A stretch of DNA of 64,000 nucleotides from a bacterium (GTDB taxonomy: Bacteria > Hinthialibacterota > Hinthialibacteria > Hinthialibacterales > Hinthialibacteraceae). Location: assembly GCA_963662285.2 (NCBI GenBank), contig CAXXMV010000002.1, forward strand, positions 480,001 through 544,000, written 5' to 3'. The position numbers and the translations under genes are program-made. The notes under the pieces were generated by a model. The model was not told where the DNA came from and ran no database searches. It saw nothing but the letters and a program-made list of their open reading frames with translations. Every line of letters starts with the position of its first letter. Position 1 is the first letter of the stretch. Positions 52,722 through 61,902 of this stretch are shown here, one piece after another.

Positions 52722-52981
52722 CTTATACTCCATCTTGATTTGAGTTATTAGAATAATTCTGGTGGAGAACAATGTAATCATTCTCTGATTACTTAAACGT
52801 GTTTCTTCTCATATATATACGAATATAAACTGTAAATTGTTCAATAAAAAAAATTATTGAACAATTTACCTATATAGTTTGTTGAATGAATTTAAGAAAT
52901 GGATTTGTTCTACTATTGCATGAATATATAATAAAAATAGTATACTAATTCACTTACATGGAAATTTTCATATACGTAATT

Positions 52982-53007
52982 CGGGGCGTGGATTAATCCA
53001 CGCCCCG
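52982..53007. terminator. GC-rich palindrome after sucC
   Basis: cggggcgtggattaatccacgccccg. Confidence 0.65.
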
Positions 53008-53035
53008 GTTAACAATAATCCTTGTTAAAAACTAA

Positions 53036-54199
53036 CTAATTTGCATTAATCGCCGCGACTACTTTCTCAGCCGCCTCGCCCAATCCACTTGCCACGATGA
53101 ATGGAAAATCAGCTTTATTGAGGATATCACGCGCTTCTTTGGCGTTGGTTCCTTGAAGCCGCGTCACTACGGGCATGTTAACCTCAACCTGCTTCATGGC
53201 TTCTACAATACCACTGGCGACGCGGTCGCAACGGACGATCCCGCCGAATATATTTACTAGCACTGCTTTGACGTCTTTATCTTTCATCAGGATGCGAAAA
53301 GCCGCCGCTACCCGCTCGACGCTGGCCGCTCCCCCTACATCAAGGAAATTGGCCGGCATTGATCCGGCCAGTTTAACCATGTCCATAGTAGCCATTGCCA
53401 AACCGGCGCCGTTGACCATACAGCCTACGTTGCCGTCTAGTTTGATATAGTTTAGGTTATGCATAGACGCTTCTACTTCGAGCGGCTCTTCTTCGGTCAA
53501 GTCGCGCAGCTCATGAAAATCCTGGCGGAACAAAGCGTTGTCATCCAGATTAATTTTGGCGTCTAGCGCGATTACGCGTCCATCGTCTGTTACAATTAAT
53601 GGATTAATCTCCACCAACGAAGCGTCACAAGCAGCGAAGACATTAAACAATTTTACCAGAAAATTCATGCATTCCTTAGCTTCTTTACCTCTTAATCCAA
53701 TACCGTAGGCCAGATTCTTGGCCTGAAATGGTAAAAGGCGTCCCAGGCATGAAATATGCGCTTTAAGGATTTTCTCAGGAGATAGAGCGGCAACTTCCTC
53801 AATCTCCATGCCGCCTTCGGATGAAGCCATAACAACTGGGCTCTCCGTCGTACGGTCGATAACAATACCGAGATAGAGTTCTTTGGCGATAGGTAGACCT
53901 TCTTCAACCAAAACCTTTTTAACTTTTTTGCCTTCTGGTCCGGTCTGATGGGTAATTAGCGTCATTCCTAGAATATTATTGGCGATTTGACCAGCTTCTC
54001 TTGGGGAGTTGGCTATTTTTACTCCACCGCCTTTGCCTCGTCCACCTGCGTGGATCTGTGCTTTAACCACCACTTTGTCTGATCCCAATAGATAAGCTAT
54101 GCGCTCAGCTCCATCAGCCGTCGATACAATCTGACCTCGAGGTATAGGAACATCGTATTTGCGCAGAATCTCCTTGGCTTGATATTCATGAATTTTCAT
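53036..54199 (-). CDS. sucC: Succinyl-CoA ligase (ADP-forming) beta subunit
   Basis: MKIHEYQAK, KAQIHAGGRGKGGG, EINPL, NGAGLAM, NFLDVGG and NIFGGIVRC; AGGAG RBS. Confidence 0.95.
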   Translation of the reverse strand: MKIHEYQAKEILRKYDVPIPRGQIVSTADGAERIAYLLGSDKVVVKAQIHAGGRGKGGGVKIANSPREAGQIANNILGMTLITHQTGPEGKKVKKVLVEEGLPIAKELYLGIVIDRTTESPVVMASSEGGMEIEEVAALSPEKILKAHISCLGRLLPFQAKNLAYGIGLRGKEAKECMNFLVKLFNVFAACDASLVEINPLIVTDDGRVIALDAKINLDDNALFRQDFHELRDLTEEEPLEVEASMHNLNYIKLDGNVGCMVNGAGLAMATMDMVKLAGSMPANFLDVGGAASVERVAAAFRILMKDKDVKAVLVNIFGGIVRCDRVASGIVEAMKQVEVNMPVVTRLQGTNAKEARDILNKADFPFIVASGLGEAAEKVVAAINAN

Positions 54200-54303
54200 T
54201 CCAGAACTCCTTTCACCAACCGTCAGCGTGTTATGCAAAATGATGTTCATATTTATGATATAAAACGAACATCATTTTGTTAACCGCTCTTGCCAACACC
54301 GGA

Positions 54304-56976
54304 TTATTTTGAATCCGGTTTTTCGTTCTCATTTATTGTATCATTACTATCTTTTGTAATTTCTTTGAGTTTCGACTCAATTTCTATTAGTTGATCTTCT
54401 AATTCTTGATTTTTATCTTGTAGTTTATCTATTAGCCCGGCGTTTTTGCCAGATAAATCGCTCTCGTGGTCACGGCGAATTTCAGAAATAGCTCGTTTCG
54501 CCTCGTTGCGAATGTTTTCCTTACCATCATTACTCTCGATCCATTGCAATTGAGAGATGGCGTCTTCATGGCCTAATGATTGTAAACCGGAAACTGCTGC
54601 GCTTCGGATAGATGGTGAAGATGATTTCAAGTAGTTCAAAAGCAGATTCAAGGCGCTTGATTGATTTTTCTTGGTTTCACCCGCCAATCGACCTAATCCC
54701 CTGATAGCGGTTGTGCGTAAGTCTCTATGATAAGGGTCTTTAGAGAAACTTTCCAGGTCGCTGAATACTTGTGGTTCTTTGAGGTCTACCAGCGTATTCA
54801 AAATTGAGGATTGCATCTGATGTCTCCATGAATTGCGTTTTAATCCTGATTTTAATACTGAATAGACCTTCTCCGGTTTTAAGCGGGCCAGCGTTCGCAC
54901 GGCGCTGGATGCCACGCTATTGCTGGGATCATTTTTTATTATATCGATCAACACATTAATTACTTCTTTATCTTTATAAAACCCCCGCAGGGAATTTACA
55001 ACCTTACCCCTCACTTTTGGCTCATTATCTTTTAGTAGAGACAACAGGGCTTCTTTGGCTTCGGCGTCTCTTTCTTTGCCCAAAACATCGATGGCTTCGA
55101 GCCGCACGCGGAGGTATGGATCGTTTTTAGCAGTTTTCAGCAGCGCCTCCCGGACGGTTTTATTCCTGCGGTCGGTCAATTTTTGAACCGCACGGATACG
55201 GATAATAATGGTTGAACCGTTTTCCAGGTCATAGAGCAGCATATCCTGTGATTTTTCATGCTCTTGTTCCATCAATGCCCGTAGGCGGTGGTTTAGATTG
55301 ATGCTTTTAGGGGCATTAGGGCAATCGATGAAGATGCTCTCGTCTTTTTTGGTGATTTCAATCTTCTTCTCAATGGTTTGGTCTTCAGTGCGGATTTCAA
55401 TTTCCAATGGAAATGCGAAAGCTGGTTTTCCTTCTTCCATCTTCTGGGTCTGTTTCAGCGTCAATTTGACCTGCTTGCTTTCTGGCAGCCATTGGTGTTC
55501 GATTTTCAAAACAGGGTGTCCGGGGCCATAGACCCATTGCTCAAAAAAGCGGTCCATTGACCGTCCTGTAACTGTTTCAAACGATTCCATTAGATCATCG
55601 CTATCCACCAGACCGGGCGCGTTTTGATTGAGGTAATGGTTCAAACTCTTGCGGAACAGATCGTCGCCCAGCTGATGCCTTAGGATATGCAGGACGCTGG
55701 CGCCTTTAGGGTATGAATGACTGTCGAACATCTCTCCGGCGTCTTCAAACTGGTTAGATACTATAGGGCGCGTGTAACTCCGCGCTTCGCCGAAATAACT
55801 GCTCATTTTGTTCATCATAGCTTCCAGGTAAGCGTCTTCTCCCTTGGTATGCTCAACCCAAAGAGCATCTGAAAGTGTGGCGAATCCCTCGTTGAGCCAT
55901 AATTCGGGCCATGACTGGCAGGTGACCAGATCGCCGAACCATTGGTGAGCCAGTTCGTGCATGATCAGCCCTTCCATGTCATTATCCTGCCGGGCGTTCT
56001 GATCCATTACAATCCATTCATGCATGGTGGTGGCCGTGGTATGCTCCATGCCTCCAGCGTGAAAATAACGCACGGATGACTGGGCGTATTTTTCGTAGGG
56101 ATATGGATAATCCAGGTAGTTGCTGAAAAACTCGATCATATCCGGCGTCATGCCCATGCTGGGGCGGGCATCCTTTGCTTGACCTTTGGCTACGTAATAT
56201 TCAACTGGTTTGCCGCGCCATTCGTCGCGTACAATATCAAAATGCCCTACCACCAGACTGATCAGGTAGGTCACATGGGGTATTTTCTGTTTCCAATGAT
56301 CGGTGCGCCAGCCGCCTTCAGTTTTAGAATCGATCATCAGGCCGTTGGAGAGGGTGACGAAATCCTTGGGGACGCTGACAAAGACTTCGGTAGTCATGCG
56401 GTCGTTGGGGTAGTCGCCGCATGGGAACCACGATGAAGCGCCGAATGGTTCTGACAGGGTGTACATCTGGTCGGCTGTTTTGGGGGCTGATTGTTTTTCA
56501 TTGGAAAAGAACATGCCTCCACCGAAGCGGCCGCCGACATTCAGTACATTGGCTTCATAGGATACTGATAAGGTTATGTCCTCACCCATCGCCAAAGGCT
56601 TGTCGAAATTTATATAGATGGAATTATCCGAATATGTCCAATCAAGTTTCTCCGCTAATGAACTGTTGACCTCATTGATAGTCATGTCATAAGCGTCGAG
56701 CCGAACTGAGGTTACATTCTCATGAATGGGTTGCAACTGGTAATGAGCCGTTCCTTCGACTGATTGTTGATCCATCAGTATCTTGATCTCAAGTTTAAGA
56801 TGCTCAAAATCAACCGTACGGTCAGGACGATAGTGGCGTGGATATGCGCCATCGGTCATCTTGGCTGGAAACAAGGCGTGATTGTGCGCCATGTCTCCCG
56901 CATGAGCCGCAACTACTCCACCAAAAGCCAACAAAGCAAGCAATAAACCAGCGATACAACGAGATAGTCGAGACAT
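54304..56976 (-). CDS. Secreted M1 family aminopeptidase with HEAT repeats
   Basis: Signal peptide; GGMEH, HELAHQWFG...WLNEGFA and SYPKG; C-terminal HEAT repeats and coiled coil. Confidence 0.92.
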   Translation of the reverse strand: MSRLSRCIAGLLLALLAFGGVVAAHAGDMAHNHALFPAKMTDGAYPRHYRPDRTVDFEHLKLEIKILMDQQSVEGTAHYQLQPIHENVTSVRLDAYDMTINEVNSSLAEKLDWTYSDNSIYINFDKPLAMGEDITLSVSYEANVLNVGGRFGGGMFFSNEKQSAPKTADQMYTLSEPFGASSWFPCGDYPNDRMTTEVFVSVPKDFVTLSNGLMIDSKTEGGWRTDHWKQKIPHVTYLISLVVGHFDIVRDEWRGKPVEYYVAKGQAKDARPSMGMTPDMIEFFSNYLDYPYPYEKYAQSSVRYFHAGGMEHTTATTMHEWIVMDQNARQDNDMEGLIMHELAHQWFGDLVTCQSWPELWLNEGFATLSDALWVEHTKGEDAYLEAMMNKMSSYFGEARSYTRPIVSNQFEDAGEMFDSHSYPKGASVLHILRHQLGDDLFRKSLNHYLNQNAPGLVDSDDLMESFETVTGRSMDRFFEQWVYGPGHPVLKIEHQWLPESKQVKLTLKQTQKMEEGKPAFAFPLEIEIRTEDQTIEKKIEITKKDESIFIDCPNAPKSINLNHRLRALMEQEHEKSQDMLLYDLENGSTIIIRIRAVQKLTDRRNKTVREALLKTAKNDPYLRVRLEAIDVLGKERDAEAKEALLSLLKDNEPKVRGKVVNSLRGFYKDKEVINVLIDIIKNDPSNSVASSAVRTLARLKPEKVYSVLKSGLKRNSWRHQMQSSILNTLVDLKEPQVFSDLESFSKDPYHRDLRTTAIRGLGRLAGETKKNQSSALNLLLNYLKSSSPSIRSAAVSGLQSLGHEDAISQLQWIESNDGKENIRNEAKRAISEIRRDHESDLSGKNAGLIDKLQDKNQELEDQLIEIESKLKEITKDSNDTINENEKPDSK

Positions 56977-57131
56977 GAACCATACCCTCCAAGTATAAAG
57001 TGATGCAAGGATTATAAACCTCAAAGGCTAAGGCGGGAGGGCGGATGGCTTTGTGTTGTTGATATTTGGATTAACCGGGGTGGTGGATAAAAGGAGAAAG
57101 TGGTTTTTTACGCTCATTAAGTCAATATAAT

Positions 57132-57169
57132 GCAAAAGGGGTGCGTGAAAAATCACGCGCCCCTTTTGC
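57132..57169. terminator. Rho-independent terminator
   Basis: gcaaaaggggtgcgtga...tcacgcgccccttttgc. Confidence 0.8.
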
Positions 57170-57178
57170 TATGGGAAC

Positions 57179-59590
57179 TTATTGCCAAATGCCAATCTTG
57201 GCAGTTTGAGCCGATTCTTGCGCGGATTTAAATTCTTCTAGATAGGTCGTATCTTTCGATGACTGGATATAAACCGCGTATCCTAGTTCAACCAGTTTTA
57301 CATTGATATTGCGCTGATTGATGAAAAGATATACCTGTTTATTGTTGATCGATTTATCCGTATCAACAAATTCTACATATATTTCTTTCCCTTGAAGCCA
57401 TTTTTGCAGGAATTTGATCAATTCGCTATAAACGGCTTTGTTTTCAACCGGGAATTCTATATCTACCAGGCGAACGGTTTCTTCTTTTCCATTAATGATA
57501 ATCTTTATTAAACCATCCTCCATTACATTAAGTATTGTGCATTTGATGGATGATGGAATTATTCCCGGACCGGGTATTAATACATCGCCTGTATTTTCAT
57601 GGATAGACCAGTCATTAACGGGAACAGACATGCCAGGATCATTATCCTGATTCTGGGGCGGTTCGCCAACGGCATAATCAGATACTCCATCAGGCAATGG
57701 AACTGGTTGTTTGATCGTTTCTCCTTCTCCTCCTTCATTGCGTATGATGTAATCTACGGCGATAAAAGAAGTGTAGTTGGTTAACATGTTGTATTTTAAT
57801 CCAAGTTCGATTACCGCGCTGGCATTGTCGGGAAAACCCATAGCCCCATAGTCGTAATTGGTTTTGGCATCATAATCAGACAGCGTTTTTATGCGATGTC
57901 TGGCCCACAAATAGCGCAGGGCTTTATTGGATTCGTTCTCTAACTCAGGGCTTAGTTCATAGGTTTGTTCAAAAGGTCCATTACCGGTAAAACCTGATAC
58001 GGTGATTGATCCGGTTGGCTCGCCAATATATTTTCCAAACGCAATGATTGGCCGTTGAGTGAAAAGATCGGGAATAGCAGGCGGTTCGATATCATAGACC
58101 TCTAAGTCGCTGAAATTGATTTCTATTTGAGAAAGAACCGGATTTTGGATGTATTTTTGGAATTTAGTTATATTCTCATCAACTTCACCGGGATTGGTAA
58201 TAAAGAATGGTTCGCCTCTTCCAGCATAGGCCATGCCTTCAATGATGAAACGGTTGACGGATGTTCCGATTCCCAATGCGAATAAATTTGATAGGTTCAG
58301 TTTGTTACGGATCAGGTCGAAGGCCTCGTATTCAACTGTGACATAACCATCAGTGATGACAACAGTGGATCGTGCGATATCCTCAGATTGATGGGGGAGG
58401 TTGAAGGTTCTCTCCAAGGCTGGCAACAATCGCGTACCTCCCCCGCCGTACAAATTTCCTATACGTGTGATTGCATCATTAATGTTTGCCGGAGTGGCCG
58501 GGACTGAGGAATCGTACAATACCATGCTTCCGCCGGCGAATGTCAGCACATTGAAATAATCTGTAGGGCGTAACTCTTCAAGTAGTCCGAATATCAGTTG
58601 TTTGGCAGTATTCAGAGGGTATCCACTCATCGAACCGGAAACATCCAGCACGAAATTGTAATCCCGTGGTGGAATGATTGATTCAGTGATTTGATCCGGG
58701 GGTTCGACCATAACAAGAAAGAAATTCTCGTCTTCATGGCGATAAAGCAGAACGCCGGATTGAATGACGTCATCCTGTAAGTTGTAGCGCAGGATATAAT
58801 CCTTGGTTCCTGCTTTTTCTGTTGCATTGAGAATTATATCGGCCTGATACGGCGTCTCGTATTGGACATTGATGTCATGCATAACGGATGTGACGCTTTT
58901 GATGGGAATGCCGGATGAAATCGAAGCCGTAATGTTGTAATCGAATAAACTGTCTTCGCCCTCATGGGTGTATGGCGTTTCGATATATCCCTCTGAATCG
59001 TGAGAGCCTTCCGCAGGCGTTTCTGAATAACGCGGCCCGACCACGGTGGGATAAACGAATTCATACGTTCCATCTTCTGGAACCAGTAGTTCAACATAAT
59101 GAAGTTCGACGACGATCACATCGCCGGGCATGATATTGGCAACGCTCATCTGGAATACATTGGGACGTTGCTGTTCGAGAAGAGTGACGCTTTTTCCTTC
59201 GTCTTTGGCTTCATCGTATTCCTTTTGAGCCTGCTTTTTCTCGCGGATTTCCGCTTCGATCAGCCGGTCGCCGATTCGCATACTCATGGCGTGGACTGCG
59301 GCGCGGGTGGATGCCGGGAACACATAAATAGCCTCAATGGGGCGCGTTCCTTCGTTGGCGTAGGTCTGCTTGACGCTGACCGCCGCCATCACCCCGGCGA
59401 TTTGTGAATCTACCTCACAACTCTTAAGCGGAAGCTGATCCAGGGTTGGATCATCACTTTGAACATAGAAAAAAGGCGATAGGGTTTTATCTTCGTTTTG
59501 AACTTCCTGGGCGCTGGTATTCATTGCGGTGAGACCAGAAACTAAACAGGCGAGCAAAGTAATCAGGCAGATTGAACGGTTGGATTTCAT
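57179..59590 (-). CDS. Secreted VIT + vWA domain protein with a C-terminal thermonuclease (SNase)-like domain
   Basis: Signal peptide; EAIYVFP (VIT), MIDAS DVSGSM...TDG, YTSFIAVD; then EETVRLVDI...NINVKLVELGYA...AQ..KIGIW (SNase). Confidence 0.85.
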   Translation of the reverse strand: MKSNRSICLITLLACLVSGLTAMNTSAQEVQNEDKTLSPFFYVQSDDPTLDQLPLKSCEVDSQIAGVMAAVSVKQTYANEGTRPIEAIYVFPASTRAAVHAMSMRIGDRLIEAEIREKKQAQKEYDEAKDEGKSVTLLEQQRPNVFQMSVANIMPGDVIVVELHYVELLVPEDGTYEFVYPTVVGPRYSETPAEGSHDSEGYIETPYTHEGEDSLFDYNITASISSGIPIKSVTSVMHDINVQYETPYQADIILNATEKAGTKDYILRYNLQDDVIQSGVLLYRHEDENFFLVMVEPPDQITESIIPPRDYNFVLDVSGSMSGYPLNTAKQLIFGLLEELRPTDYFNVLTFAGGSMVLYDSSVPATPANINDAITRIGNLYGGGGTRLLPALERTFNLPHQSEDIARSTVVITDGYVTVEYEAFDLIRNKLNLSNLFALGIGTSVNRFIIEGMAYAGRGEPFFITNPGEVDENITKFQKYIQNPVLSQIEINFSDLEVYDIEPPAIPDLFTQRPIIAFGKYIGEPTGSITVSGFTGNGPFEQTYELSPELENESNKALRYLWARHRIKTLSDYDAKTNYDYGAMGFPDNASAVIELGLKYNMLTNYTSFIAVDYIIRNEGGEGETIKQPVPLPDGVSDYAVGEPPQNQDNDPGMSVPVNDWSIHENTGDVLIPGPGIIPSSIKCTILNVMEDGLIKIIINGKEETVRLVDIEFPVENKAVYSELIKFLQKWLQGKEIYVEFVDTDKSINNKQVYLFINQRNINVKLVELGYAVYIQSSKDTTYLEEFKSAQESAQTAKIGIWQ

Positions 59591-59933
59591 GACAGCATTC
59601 CCTCTCTTGTTTTAGAGTGCTTTTCATAAACATAATTTTATAAATAGCTCTATGCACGTCACTTTTTCAACGGTTGGTTTTGGCAATTTATTACAGGTAC
59701 GGATCAAACAATTTCAATACTGATAAACTCCGGCTTTACCATTAAAACAATATCACGGGAAATTAAATTCATCTGCAATAATAGTAATATATATTAAAAA
59801 TATGCACCATGTATTTTGTATTTATTTGTAAATAGTGCGTTGATTTGTGTTGGATGGAAGGCAGACAGGAATAATTTCCTTCTTTGCGTCTCGACCGATT
59901 GATTTTACGCCGGACGTGCTTTATTTTAGAAGC

Positions 59934-61214
59934 ATGAGACATCAATGGAGTATGCTTCTTCTGCTTGCAGTCATGACATGCTGCATTGCCGCTGTGCAAT
60001 GCCAGGCTCAACCGACGTCTGCAACCGCCGCAACCGTCGACGTCGTAACTCCCGCACCGACTATTACTTATACGCCGACTGTAATCCCTGAACCGAGTCT
60101 TACGCCCAGCGCTATCTCTGATGCATATCCAGCATTAAAGGTGGAAATAGCCGGGCAGGTGGTTGAGGTGACTCCGGTCTCCGCCCAACAAATCCTTCAA
60201 TTTCAACAATGGGAAAAGCAGAACGCCGATGCTTCTTGTAGATCCAAACTTGCGTGGTGTGGTTTTGCGGGCGCCATAGTAGCGCTTGGAATAGCTTTAT
60301 CACGGTCGATTAGCCACTACAATCAAGTTCACGAGCAGATGATGACATCTTTCCGCGAGCGGCTCTTCTCCAAAGACCCCGGAGCAGTAATAGCCGCCGC
60401 CATGAGTTTGTCCGCTTATCCCCGCGAGGCCATCTGGCTGGTCATGCGCTTTGCTGAAGAGCATAAGCGGGAGAAACTTGAAGGCATTTTTTATAAAGAC
60501 CCGCACCAGATTAAACAGGCCATCCAGGATGCCATGTCCAATATGTCAAAACGGTATACATGGTACTGGAAACCGCCATTCAAAATCCGGGGCGCCCGCT
60601 TGGATGGTAAGACCATTTCCATTGATATTGGCCCGATAAATTTAAATAACGCATACATGGTTGGCGGTGATTTCAGTGGAATTGGCCTAGAAGGAGCCAA
60701 ACTTAATTCCGCCAATCTGCAGGACGCCAAACTTAGGAGTGCCAAGCTACAGGACGCCTACCTTGCTTTCGCCAAGTTGCAGAAAGCTTACCTTGGTTTC
60801 GCGAAGTTGCAGAAAGCCTACCTTTGTGAAGCCAATCTGCAGAAAGCCAACCTTAATTTCGCCATTCTGCAGAAAGCCAACCTTTGCAAAGCCAATCTGC
60901 AGGAAGCCTACCTTAGTGATGCCGAACTTGGTTCCGCCAACCTAAATGGCGCAAATCTAAGAAAAATAAAACTCCAAAATGCAGAATTGGAGGATGATTA
61001 CCTTAGTTATGCTAAAAACATGGGCGCCATTTTGGATGATGAACAGAAACAAAAGGTATTAGAATGGGAAAATGACCATACCGATGCCCCTTGGTTGAAT
61101 ACGATCCCTTGTTGGTGGGTATATCGGCGTGATGAAAATAGGAGAAGTAAATTACAAAACGACTGGGCTGAAGAGATGGGGGAATATATTGATAAGATCC
61201 GAGAAGAAAAATGA
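59934..61214 (+). CDS. Membrane-anchored pentapeptide repeat protein
   Basis: Signal-like N-terminus, Thr/Pro linker, one TM and A(N/K/Y)LQ(K/D) pentapeptides. Confidence 0.85.
   Translation: MRHQWSMLLLLAVMTCCIAAVQCQAQPTSATAATVDVVTPAPTITYTPTVIPEPSLTPSAISDAYPALKVEIAGQVVEVTPVSAQQILQFQQWEKQNADASCRSKLAWCGFAGAIVALGIALSRSISHYNQVHEQMMTSFRERLFSKDPGAVIAAAMSLSAYPREAIWLVMRFAEEHKREKLEGIFYKDPHQIKQAIQDAMSNMSKRYTWYWKPPFKIRGARLDGKTISIDIGPINLNNAYMVGGDFSGIGLEGAKLNSANLQDAKLRSAKLQDAYLAFAKLQKAYLGFAKLQKAYLCEANLQKANLNFAILQKANLCKANLQEAYLSDAELGSANLNGANLRKIKLQNAELEDDYLSYAKNMGAILDDEQKQKVLEWENDHTDAPWLNTIPCWWVYRRDENRRSKLQNDWAEEMGEYIDKIREEK
60711..60950 (+). repeat. 30-nt coding tandem repeat (pentapeptide pairs)
   Basis: About eight units of the type gccaatctgcagaaagcc(a/t)acctt. 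Confidence 0.85.
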
Positions 61215-61231
61215 CAGCGTAGGTGCTCGTT

Positions 61232-61360
61232 ATCAACCCTCACCTAACCTCTCCCAATCTTGGGAGAGGGATGCTTGAGCCACAGTTTTATTTTACAACT
61301 AGTGATATCCCAAAAGCCCCTCTCCCCCAAGCCTGGGGGAGAATTCAAGAGGGGGTTGAT
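61232..61360. repeat. REP/MITE-like double-hairpin element
   Basis: Hairpins cctctccca-atct-tgggagagg and tctccccca-agcc-tgggggaga, bounded by atcaaccc/gggttgat. Confidence 0.7.
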
Positions 61361-61523
61361 TTCGATAACCTTATCCGTTTCATCCCGAAAGTTTATACAT
61401 ATTGATTAACGCAGAAGAAAAAAACTGTCTGAATCATGATACCCAGGATGAAAAGATGCACATGATGGGCACCCTGGATAATCAGATTATCCAAATAGAA
61501 AACAAGAAAAAACAGATTACTAT

Positions 61524-61703
61524 CTATTCTCTGTTTTTTTTGCTTTCTAAATCCTTATATTGTTCATAAACATTGACATATTCACCCTTTTTCCATTCAG
61601 GCCATTTATCAACTTGATCTGCGACTTTTTTGATATGATCAAGAAAATCTGATGATTTTGTTTTAGTTTGACCGTGATTTGGGTTATTAGTATCATTTAC
61701 CAT
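61524..61703 (-). CDS. Small hypothetical protein (59 aa), absent from the ORF track
   Basis: GGAGG RBS; MVNDTNNPNHGQTKTKSSDFLDHIKKVADQVDKWPEWKKGEYVNVYEQYKDLESKKNRE*. Confidence 0.65.
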   Translation of the reverse strand: MVNDTNNPNHGQTKTKSSDFLDHIKKVADQVDKWPEWKKGEYVNVYEQYKDLESKKNRE

Positions 61704-61902
61704 TTTTAAAATCCTCCATATTTTTCAGTAATACTTTTACTGCAAATTCTTCTCTATTCTAACGCCAAAACAAATAGTCATAAAAAATAAGTCAAAGAAA
61801 AAAATTTAAACTTAAAAACCTTCATTCTATAAACCATCAATAAAACCACTCCTGCCTGTTAGGTTCGATGCTTTGAAGTGATAGAATCTCAAGCATACAA
61901 TT

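Noticed and set aside
60711-60950. 30-nt periodic repeat as a possible CRISPR array
   Set aside because: There are no spacers; the units are in-frame pentapeptide codons, and no cas genes are present.
61223-61405. 60-aa ORF after the pentapeptide gene
   Set aside because: It is a translation of the REP-like double hairpin.
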